Source: Arenicellales bacterium
GTDB taxonomy: Bacteria; Pseudomonadota; Gammaproteobacteria; Arenicellales; JAJDZL01
Length of the DNA stretch: 64,000 nucleotides
Direction of reading: 5' to 3'
Assembly: GCA_965203865.1 (NCBI GenBank)
Contig: OZ241916.1
Span: 458,353-522,352 of the forward strand
Below, one piece after another: positions 23,255 to 31,302 of this stretch. Both the position numbers and the translations under genes were made by a program. The notes below the pieces were generated by a model. It was not told the DNA's origin. It worked only from the letters and a program-made list of their open reading frames with translations, and ran no database searches. Each line of letters opens with the position of its first letter. Positions within the stretch are counted from its first letter, which is position 1.

Positions 23255-25684
23255 ATGAAGCGTTTTAAACGAAAATCTGTTCTGCGAATTTTACTGGGGA
23301 TATTGCTCTTCAACGCATTTCTGGGTGCTGCTGGCTTGGGGGCGCTTTATTTTTGGGGAATGTCCCTGCTTCCTGAGTTGCCTGAAATCTCCTCGATTCA
23401 GCAACTCAAGCTGAAAGTTCCCTTGAGAATCTATTCTAGTGACGGGTTGCTCATGGCGGAGTATGGCTCGGAAAGACGCGTTCCTGTACGAATTGATGAA
23501 GCGCCGCAGCAGCTCATACAAGCTGTGCTGGCGGCGGAAGATGACAAGTTTTACGAGCATGCGGGCGTGGATTTTATCGGGTTTACACGCGCAGCAATTG
23601 AAAATTTGAAAGCCGGGGGGATCACGCAGGGTGCCAGCACCATTACGATGCAGGTGGCGAGAAACTATTTTTTGAGTCGAGAGCGAACCTACGTGAGGAA
23701 AGCCAAAGAAGTACTGCTAGCATTTCAACTGGAAAGGCTATTGTCCAAGGATGAAATTCTTGAGCTATATCTGAACAAGATTTTTCTTGGACATCGCGCC
23801 TATGGATTCGGCGCGGCGGCGCGCACCTACTACGGAAAACCGCTTTCTCAACTCACTCTGCCGCAATATGCGATGCTTGCGGCGTTGCCGAAGTCGCCAT
23901 CTCGGGTAAACCCTCTCTCGCAGCCGGAGAATGCACTTCAGCGAAGAGACTATATCCTTGGTCGAATGCTTTCCTTGGGGTTAATTACGGAAGAAGAACA
24001 TGAAGCTGCAATTCAAACCCCGCTGACTGCTGCCAGCCATGTGGCAGAGGTCGAATTGAAAGCGCCTTATGTGGCGGAGTATGTAAGACAGAAAGTGGTG
24101 GACTTGTATGGTGAATTGGTTTATGAAGATGGCTACAAGATTTACACCACAGTTCACTCGAAGAATCAGAAGGCAGCTGAGCAGAGTTTGCGCGAGGGGC
24201 TTTACGCCTACGATGAACGGCATGGTTTCAGGGGGCCGGTAAGAACATGGAAACTGGAGGACCTGAATTCAAGGGAAGACCGGCTCAAAGCCTTGCAACA
24301 ACTTCAGTCAAGCGAAGAATTGATTCCGGTATTGATTACCAGCGTTTCCGAGCAGGGAGCGCATGCCCTTGGAAAGAGCGGAGAAGAGGTTGAAATTGTA
24401 TGGGAGCAGATGAAGTGGGCACGGCGCCATGAAGGGCAGAGCAAGCTGGGTCCAAAGTTAAAGCATCCAGGCGATGCAGTTAAACCCGGCGACATGGTGT
24501 ATGCGAAGCCGACGGATGATGGCTGGCGACTTTCCCAGATTCCTGAAGTTGAAGGAGCGCTTGTTGCGATTCGCCCGAGAGACGGCGCAATTCAGGCAAT
24601 GGTGGGAGGGTTTGACTATTTTCTGGGCAAGTTCAATCGTTCAACACAGGCAGTTCGCCAGCTTGGGTCCAACATAAAGCCGTTTATCTACTCGGCGGCT
24701 TTTGAACAGGGGTATACGCCAGCGAGTGTTGTGAGTGCCGCTCCTGTAGTGATTGAAGATGAAAGTACGAACGTTGTATGGCGACCTGAAAACTATAGTG
24801 GAAAATTCTATGGGCCGACAAGATTGCGAAATGCATTGAGTCGTTCCCTGAATCTGGTGTCTGTACGTTTGATGCGTTCAATCGGATGGGAGTATATTGC
24901 TGAATATCTGGCGGGCTTCGGTTTTGAAAAGGGAGCACTCCCTCAAGGCTTGTCGCTGGCGCTGGGTTCTGCAGCGTTCACGCCTCTTGAAGTCGCCTCC
25001 GGATACGCAGTTTTCGCTAACGGAGGCTATTCGGTACAACCGTATATTATTGATGTTGTGAAAGACCGGTATGGAAAAGTAATATGGACTGGCAGAAAGA
25101 CAGTAGTTTGCGATACTTGCCTGATTGAAGCAGAATCTCCTGGGGGCGTGGACGAAGTGGTTTCTGAATTTGGTGAAAAACCTATTGCCAACCGGGTGAT
25201 TTCACCCGGCAATGCCTATCTGATGAACGCGGTACTGGGTGAAGTTGTGAATTCTGGAACCGCCAAGTCCGCCAAGTCTCTTAAACGGTCCGACTTGGCT
25301 GGCAAGACAGGCACGACAAACAACTTTGAAGATGCATGGTTCTCGGGATTTAACAGCGATATGGCGGCAACCGTCTGGGTGGGATTTGACCAGCCGTCGA
25401 ATCTTGGCCAGAATGAGTCCGGTGCCAAGGCTGCGCTTCCGATTTGGATAGACTTTATGAGAACCGCACTGGAAGGCTTGCCGGAATCGTCAAATACTCC
25501 TCCAGACAATATAGTTACAGTAACAATTCACAAAGAAACTGGCAAAGCAGTTGAAGATGGGCATCCGAATGGCATGCAAGAGTTTTTTATTGCGGGGACT
25601 CAGCCCATGCTGGAAAATCCATCCTTGGCACCGGGGATTTCAATTGGCGAAGTAGGTCAGCAAAATGCAGAGGAGTTATTTTAA
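23255..25684 (+). CDS. mrcA: Penicillin-binding protein 1A (bifunctional transglycosylase/transpeptidase)
   Basis: The GT51 motifs are EDDKFYEHAGVD and RKAKE. The transpeptidase motifs are SNIK (SxxK), SRSLN (SxN) and KTGTTN (KTG). Confidence 0.95.
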   Translation: MKRFKRKSVLRILLGILLFNAFLGAAGLGALYFWGMSLLPELPEISSIQQLKLKVPLRIYSSDGLLMAEYGSERRVPVRIDEAPQQLIQAVLAAEDDKFYEHAGVDFIGFTRAAIENLKAGGITQGASTITMQVARNYFLSRERTYVRKAKEVLLAFQLERLLSKDEILELYLNKIFLGHRAYGFGAAARTYYGKPLSQLTLPQYAMLAALPKSPSRVNPLSQPENALQRRDYILGRMLSLGLITEEEHEAAIQTPLTAASHVAEVELKAPYVAEYVRQKVVDLYGELVYEDGYKIYTTVHSKNQKAAEQSLREGLYAYDERHGFRGPVRTWKLEDLNSREDRLKALQQLQSSEELIPVLITSVSEQGAHALGKSGEEVEIVWEQMKWARRHEGQSKLGPKLKHPGDAVKPGDMVYAKPTDDGWRLSQIPEVEGALVAIRPRDGAIQAMVGGFDYFLGKFNRSTQAVRQLGSNIKPFIYSAAFEQGYTPASVVSAAPVVIEDESTNVVWRPENYSGKFYGPTRLRNALSRSLNLVSVRLMRSIGWEYIAEYLAGFGFEKGALPQGLSLALGSAAFTPLEVASGYAVFANGGYSVQPYIIDVVKDRYGKVIWTGRKTVVCDTCLIEAESPGGVDEVVSEFGEKPIANRVISPGNAYLMNAVLGEVVNSGTAKSAKSLKRSDLAGKTGTTNNFEDAWFSGFNSDMAATVWVGFDQPSNLGQNESGAKAALPIWIDFMRTALEGLPESSNTPPDNIVTVTIHKETGKAVEDGHPNGMQEFFIAGTQPMLENPSLAPGISIGEVGQQNAEELF

Positions 25685-25709
25685 ATTTAATCATTCGGAT
25701 AGCGACTAG

Positions 25710-25892
25710 TCATTTAGTCGGCGGTGCGTATTCGTACTCGCGGACATCTTCAATAACCGGGCCACCGAGCCCTTCTCTGTCCAGTCGATCGAACATGCCA
25801 TCCCAGCCCTTCCTTTCAAGCTCCCAACTCAATTCCCTGCTGTTGCGTCTATGAACCGCAATAGATTTTCCTAGATTGTTACATATGTTCAT
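25710..25892 (-). CDS. Small hypothetical protein, paralog of the adjacent 75-aa protein
   Basis: The C-terminal ELERKGWDGMFDRLDREGLGG...YEYAPP aligns with EVDSKGWDAVISRLKKEGLGN...YLYEAP of ORF 25930-26157. Confidence 0.45.
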   Translation of the reverse strand: MNICNNLGKSIAVHRRNSRELSWELERKGWDGMFDRLDREGLGGPVIEDVREYEYAPPTK

Positions 25893-25929
25893 CGCGTATT
25901 CTGTTCAATTGTTTATTTCGTACAAATAA

Positions 25930-26157
25930 TCATCGCATCGGAGCTTCGTAGAGATATCCGACCTCGCTGTTCCCTAGTCCCTCTTTTTTCAGCCGACTGA
26001 TTACTGCGTCCCATCCTTTACTGTCGACTTCCTTATGGAATTCTATACTGTCGTTGTTATTCACCATGATAGACCTACTTGGGTCAAAAGGCTCATCCAT
26101 TACGGCATCCATTTCTTCGTCTTCGTTGATATAAACGCCTTTTCTTAAATTTCTCAT
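25930..26157 (-). CDS. Small hypothetical protein in the BrnA (antitoxin) position downstream of brnT
   Basis: It starts 13 nt after the brnT stop and has AGGAGA 9 nt upstream of its ATG. I can see no ribbon-helix-helix signature. Confidence 0.5.
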   Translation of the reverse strand: MRNLRKGVYINEDEEMDAVMDEPFDPSRSIMVNNNDSIEFHKEVDSKGWDAVISRLKKEGLGNSEVGYLYEAPMR

Positions 26158-26170
26158 AACTCCATTTCTC

Positions 26171-26476
26171 CTATGAAATTAAATCTTTATTTTTAAGATA
26201 TATCTCTATATTTCTTCTACTCGCTGGTGGTGCGCTAATCAGTCTTTGGTCCTCGTTCCTGAATGTCATGACTCCGTTGTAGAATCTACCATTGAACTCG
26301 CCAATGAATTTCTTCCTTAATTCCCCGTATTTCATTATACTGTCGTCGATATCCTCGTAGAGCACATATCTACCAGGATTGAATACCTTTGCGACATCTT
26401 TGAAATCAACACCATGCTTTTTCAGGTTCGATATTCTTTTGTTTTCGTCCCATTGCGGAGGCATTCCTGTATTCAA
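26171..26476 (-). CDS. brnT: BrnT-family (DUF497) type II toxin
   Basis: The N-terminal WDENKRISNLKKHGVDFKDVAKVF matches the BrnT signature (WD..K...N..KHGV.F.EA). Length is about 100 aa. Confidence 0.75.
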   Translation of the reverse strand: MNTGMPPQWDENKRISNLKKHGVDFKDVAKVFNPGRYVLYEDIDDSIMKYGELRKKFIGEFNGRFYNGVMTFRNEDQRLISAPPASRRNIEIYLKNKDLIS

Positions 26477-26649
26477 CCCTATTGCTCAGTAGCCGAAAAA
26501 TTCGTTCAGCAGCACTGGATACCCGCAGTGCTCTCTCGAAAAACTGTCGGCAACTGTACATCAGCCGGACTCGCAAGTCAACACCATTTGCCGATTCAAT
26601 TCCAGCCGCTCTTCGGTCTTGCCGGGTGTAAAATCCTTAAGTATGCTGT

Positions 26650-26721
26650 TCACACTTTCGACAGCGGCAGCACAATAAAAATACTTACAAGTGCTATAAT
26701 GAATAATGTTCCTGCGCTCAT
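26650..26721 (-). CDS. Unannotated 23-aa hydrophobic peptide ORF (MSAGTLFIIALVSIFIVLPLSKV)
   Basis: Hand translation of the minus strand gives ATG at 26721-26719 and TGA at 26652-26650. A Shine-Dalgarno GGGAG lies 7 nt upstream of the ATG. The ORF is below the length cutoff of the supplied track. Confidence 0.35.
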   Translation of the reverse strand: MSAGTLFIIALVSIFIVLPLSKV

Positions 26722-26787
26722 CCTTATTCTCCCTCGTTGAGTTGATTAATCAATAATAGCAAAACTGTGTCAGCCGCTTACCTTTGC

Positions 26788-26821
26788 AACTGCCAATACC
26801 GGCTAGCTGGTATTGGCAGTT
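26788..26821. repeat. 34-bp near-perfect inverted repeat
   Basis: AACTGCCAATACC-gGCTAGCt-GGTATTGGCAGTT has 13-bp perfect arms and a self-complementary GCTAGC centre. It lies about 65 nt upstream of the 23-aa ORF on the minus strand. Confidence 0.9.
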
Positions 26822-26874
26822 GGTTTATAAACATAAATGGTACAGGAATGTATATATCTGACCACACAAAACAC

Positions 26875-26902
26875 TTGGCATATACATTGTTTTCAGTATA
26901 AT
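26875..26902 (+). promoter_or_regulatory. Candidate sigma70 promoter
   Basis: TTGGCA (26875-26880), a 16-nt spacer, then a perfect TATAAT (26897-26902). It sits ~265 nt upstream of the 27167 ATG. In AT-rich DNA this could occur by chance. Confidence 0.3.
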
Positions 26903-27166
26903 AAACTGAATAAAATCAATTATTTAAATAGAGAAAATAGTAAGAAAGCGAGAACTGGGAAAATTGTGCAGAAAAGCATGGCGTTGATTGACCTTTTCAA
27001 GACCCGTGTAGTTAGATATATAATTCCTTGAATTTTGAGATATTTGCTTTGTTCGCTATGAGGTGTAACCAACCTGAGAATTAAGTCGCTGTTGGGAACT
27101 GGTGCAGGGAGTTGATTTTTCTGTATAAGGGGCTTCAAGCGATGCAGACCATTAAAAAGTGGAAAC

Positions 27167-27772
27167 ATGTTTCGAGACGATAATCGCCTGCGTCTGCAAA
27201 TTCGTTATGAAGCAGCGCGCATCATGGTTGAAGACGGAGTTCGCGACTATCAACGCGCCAAGCGAAAGGCATGCATGCGTCTGGGCGTATCTTCCAGACG
27301 TTCGTTGCCGACAAATCTTGAGATTGAAGATGCTGTTTCAACTCAGCTGTCTTTGGTGCGGCAGGCATCCAAAGATGAAACCCACAGAGATTACATTGCG
27401 GCTGCGCTGGCATTCATGGAGGAAGTTTCTGGATATTCGCCGTACTTGACAGGTGCGGCATTGTCGGGATCGATTACTGCGAGTCGTCCGATAGAGTTGC
27501 AGGTATTCTCGTCAACGGTTGAGGAATTTTGCGAACATCTAGACCGCTTGCTTGATGGTTATAACCTTGCAGAAAAACGAATGCGATTCGCCAATGACCA
27601 TTGGGAAAAGATTCCGGTCATACAATTCATGAAAGATGAAATTGAGTTCGAGGTGTCGATTTTTCTGGAAAGCAGCTCCTATCCTCCACTCAGCGCAATG
27701 GACCGAAAGCCGGTAAAACGCGCTTCGTTGAAAAAAGTTCAAAAATTGAAAATTCGCAACAGCTACCAATAA
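27167..27772 (+). CDS. Conserved hypothetical protein
   Basis: A 201-aa ORF with a plausible globular composition. I recognise no diagnostic motif. Confidence 0.5.
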   Translation: MFRDDNRLRLQIRYEAARIMVEDGVRDYQRAKRKACMRLGVSSRRSLPTNLEIEDAVSTQLSLVRQASKDETHRDYIAAALAFMEEVSGYSPYLTGAALSGSITASRPIELQVFSSTVEEFCEHLDRLLDGYNLAEKRMRFANDHWEKIPVIQFMKDEIEFEVSIFLESSSYPPLSAMDRKPVKRASLKKVQKLKIRNSYQ

Positions 27773-28251
27773 GTTAGTTTCGTAGTTTTCAAGTTGCTGA
27801 TTCTACGCGCGATTTTGCTTGTCTGAAATTTTTTCTGCCCCAAGAATTTCGTTTTTTGGACTTGAAACGCTGGTTTCGCAAGTTTTACGCCTCAAAGGCG
27901 GTTCGTTGGCATGCTTAATATCGGGTTCAATCTATTGTTTTAATTCAGAAAAATATTGCTGTAAAAGCCCGCCAGAGATACGATAAACTTTATTTACAAA
28001 AGACACATCAAACCCCAAGAGGAGCAACCATGGCAAAATCAATTTGAGTAACATCAAGAATTCAACTGTATACGAGTTTTAATCTCCAATATTTATAGTG
28101 AATGGTAAGTGCCATGCTCATATACTCGTACAGTAAAAGAATCGTCCGGTATCGAATTTCGCAACTCTCTGAGTCCATCTGATAAAATTTTGAAAAATTG
28201 ACTGCATGAAATTTGCCACTCCCCCGGATTTGATTTTCAAAAAACTACAGA

Positions 28252-31200
28252 ATGAACGCGACCAATCATAATTACGAAAAGTTTCAAATCTTGCTTCGCG
28301 AGCTTTTTCAATACGACTGTGCTGACCTGGATTTCGGCATATATCGAATAATGAACTACAAGAGAAAGGAAATTGAAAAATTTATCGATAAAGATCTACT
28401 GAAGACGGTTAACAATGAATTAGAACGCGGGGCACTGGCTGACCATATCATAACCGTAGAAGAGTTTGAAAAGGTCAAGGAGAAAGTAATTGAAATCCTT
28501 GGCAAAAACTGCATTGATGGCGATGAAAATTTAACCAGTTTTCACGATACTCCACTAGGGACTGAATATTTAGCCAAAAAGGAGAAAAAGGATGCTGTAA
28601 TCAGTCGTGAACTTATATTAAGTAATATATTCAGTCACTTGTATTCGTTTTTTAGTCGTTACTACCAAGATGGCGACTTTATATCAAAGCGAAGATACTC
28701 CAAACGACATAAATATGCGATTCCTTACAACGGGGAAGAAGTTCACCTTCACTGGGCCAACAGCGACCAGTACTATGTCAAGAGTACCGAACATTTTCAT
28801 AACTACACCTTTACATCGCATGGAGTAGTCGTTGACTTCAAACTTGAAACAGTCAATGTTGAACAAAACAATAACAAAGGCAAAAAACGATTTTTCCTAC
28901 CGAGAGTTACTAGTTTTAACTGGGATGAAACAAATAATCACCTTGTCATTCCATTCGAGTATCGCCCTTTGTCGGAACAGGAAGAAATAATCTACAACAA
29001 GAAACAGGAAAAAATCAATAATGAGGCGGCAATAGAGATCCCAAAGCATCTATCGAAGTTGAGCAATGCAATGTTGGCGCTCACCACTGACCATCCTGAT
29101 TATAGTGATGAAATTAGCGTCTCTACACTTGAGCATCATTTGCGCCAATACACTCGTCGCAACACCTCCGATTTTTTTATTCATAAAGATCTAAAATCTT
29201 TTCTAAACAGAGAGCTGGACTTTTATTTGAAAAATGAAGTTCTTGACCTTGACGAACTGGAACGTGTCGGTGAGAGCAGATCTGGCGCCTGGTTCCAATT
29301 ACTACGACTCACCAAGTCAGTTGGTAATCGGGTCATTGAGTTTTTAGCTCAAATTGAAAACTTTCAAAAAATGCTTTGGGAAAAGCGCAAGTTTGTAACA
29401 GAAGCACAGTATTGCATAACGATTGGAAATGTAGATGAAACTCTTTACCCAGCAATTTTAGAAAACACTGGTCAATGGAAAGAATGGCAAGAATTGTATG
29501 GAGTAGACGAAAGTGACAGGAATATAAAATTTCTTCAATCCCGCCCCACTCTGGTTGTCGACACAATGCACTTTGACCGTGAATTTGTTGATGACCTACT
29601 CTCCACTCTATGTGAACTGGACGATACTATTGATGGTCTGCTAGTTCATGGTGACAATTGGCAAGCTCTGAACCTCCTGCAAGAACGTTACAACCAAAAT
29701 GTACAATGTGTCTACATCGACCCGCCTTACAACACAGCCGCATCAGAGATAATTTATAAAAACAACTACAAGCACTCTTCGTGGTTGACTTTTATATTCG
29801 ACCGTATTTCGATAGCTTCGACTTTGCTGGATATACATGCAGCATGGGTTGTTGCCATAGACGACACAGAAATGGTTGGATTGGCCCAACTATTGGATTC
29901 AACCATGAAATCGTACGATAGAAATATGGTAGTTGTAAATCATCATCCCGCAGGCAGCGGTTTGGAAGGAACAAACATTTCCAGCACACATGAGTATGCA
30001 ATTTTCATGACTCCGGCAGGATTAAATATATTGCGAGGAGAAAAGAAACCTGATGAAGTGAATAAAATCGGATTTGTACGTACCGGGACAGCAGAAAGCA
30101 ATTTACGGTCGGGACGGCCAAACAGTTTTTACGCTTTCTTGATCAACCCCGAAACATCAGAAATAGTGGGCGTTGAACCACCACCTTCTCTAAGCGAAAT
30201 GTACCCGGTTGATAACACTGATGAAGGATTCATACGAATTTACCCCGTAAGTAGCGACGGAACAGAAAGAGTTTGGCGGCGAAGCTTCAAAACAATTCAA
30301 TCTTGTCTTGAAAATGGCGAAGTTGTTTGCAGGAATAATAAATCAATTTACTTGGTCAAAGACCAAATCGGAAAACGTCGTCCATTGTTCAGCAATTGGA
30401 CTGACAAAAAATACAATGCTGGGGCCCATGGAAGCAATTTATTGAAAGATTTATTCGGTACAGCAAATAACTTTTCATATCCCAAATCAATCTATACGGT
30501 TCGCGATTGCATTGAAGCTTGTATCCATCAATCGGATGATGCTGTTGTTCTTGACTACTTCGCGGGCTCGGGTACCACCGGGCACGCCATTATAAACTTG
30601 AATCGTGAAGATGGAGGGTGTCGAAAATTTATTCTTGTTGAGATGGAAAATTACTTTGATTCCGTGCTCTTGCCTCGAATTAAAAAAACTTGTTTCGCAC
30701 CAGATTGGCGCAATGGTAAACCGCTTAGATTACCTACGCAGGAGGAAATTGAACGCACACCTCGTGTAATCAAGTACATAAAATTGGAATCGTACGAAGA
30801 TTCATTGAACAATATTGAATACGAATTTACCGGTGAACGCCGGTTATTGAAACTTGAAAACTATTTCCTTAAGTATTTTCTCAATTGGGAAACTCGTTCA
30901 AGCAATACACTGTTGAATATAGAAAATTTATCTACTCCATTTCAATATAAACTTCAAATTCATTGCAATGGCAAGGTTAACGAAAAATATGTAGACATAC
31001 CTGAAACTTTCAACTATCTGATTGGTTTACACGTTGAAAAAAGACAAATCTATAACGACGATAGCAAGCGATATCTCGTCTATCGGGGCCATAATAGACA
31101 CCAAAAAATAGTAGTAATCTGGCGCGAGACAAAAGATTGGATTTCGTCTGATTTGGAAAGAGACAAGCAATTCGTTTGCGATAAAATCCTGAAACAACAT

Positions 31201-31299
31201 GCAGATATCGTCTATGTCAATTGCGAGTCAATTATCCCCAATGCCCAAGCTCTCGACTCTGAATTCAAGAATCGAATGTTCGCACCTGTAGAAATATAG
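28252..31299 (+). CDS. Beta-class N6A/N4C DNA methyltransferase (Type III Mod-like) with a ~480-aa N-terminal extension
   Basis: Motif IV is CVYIDPPYNT (about aa 497). Motif I is VLDYFAGSGTTGHA (about aa 775). The order IV...I, with ~270 aa between them, fits a beta-class enzyme with a central TRD. I cannot assign a domain to the first ~480 aa (LRELFQYDCADLDFGIYRIMNYKR...). Confidence 0.85.
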   Translation: MNATNHNYEKFQILLRELFQYDCADLDFGIYRIMNYKRKEIEKFIDKDLLKTVNNELERGALADHIITVEEFEKVKEKVIEILGKNCIDGDENLTSFHDTPLGTEYLAKKEKKDAVISRELILSNIFSHLYSFFSRYYQDGDFISKRRYSKRHKYAIPYNGEEVHLHWANSDQYYVKSTEHFHNYTFTSHGVVVDFKLETVNVEQNNNKGKKRFFLPRVTSFNWDETNNHLVIPFEYRPLSEQEEIIYNKKQEKINNEAAIEIPKHLSKLSNAMLALTTDHPDYSDEISVSTLEHHLRQYTRRNTSDFFIHKDLKSFLNRELDFYLKNEVLDLDELERVGESRSGAWFQLLRLTKSVGNRVIEFLAQIENFQKMLWEKRKFVTEAQYCITIGNVDETLYPAILENTGQWKEWQELYGVDESDRNIKFLQSRPTLVVDTMHFDREFVDDLLSTLCELDDTIDGLLVHGDNWQALNLLQERYNQNVQCVYIDPPYNTAASEIIYKNNYKHSSWLTFIFDRISIASTLLDIHAAWVVAIDDTEMVGLAQLLDSTMKSYDRNMVVVNHHPAGSGLEGTNISSTHEYAIFMTPAGLNILRGEKKPDEVNKIGFVRTGTAESNLRSGRPNSFYAFLINPETSEIVGVEPPPSLSEMYPVDNTDEGFIRIYPVSSDGTERVWRRSFKTIQSCLENGEVVCRNNKSIYLVKDQIGKRRPLFSNWTDKKYNAGAHGSNLLKDLFGTANNFSYPKSIYTVRDCIEACIHQSDDAVVLDYFAGSGTTGHAIINLNREDGGCRKFILVEMENYFDSVLLPRIKKTCFAPDWRNGKPLRLPTQEEIERTPRVIKYIKLESYEDSLNNIEYEFTGERRLLKLENYFLKYFLNWETRSSNTLLNIENLSTPFQYKLQIHCNGKVNEKYVDIPETFNYLIGLHVEKRQIYNDDSKRYLVYRGHNRHQKIVVIWRETKDWISSDLERDKQFVCDKILKQHADIVYVNCESIIPNAQALDSEFKNRMFAPVEI

Positions 31300-31302
31300 C
31301 GA

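Noticed and set aside
26414-27168. ORFs 26414-26740 (+), 26837-27031 (+) and 26920-27168 (-) in the brnT-upstream gap.
   Set aside because: The first overlaps the brnT start in antisense. None has an SD sequence or a recognisable motif, and the region is AT-rich, so stop-free stretches occur by chance.
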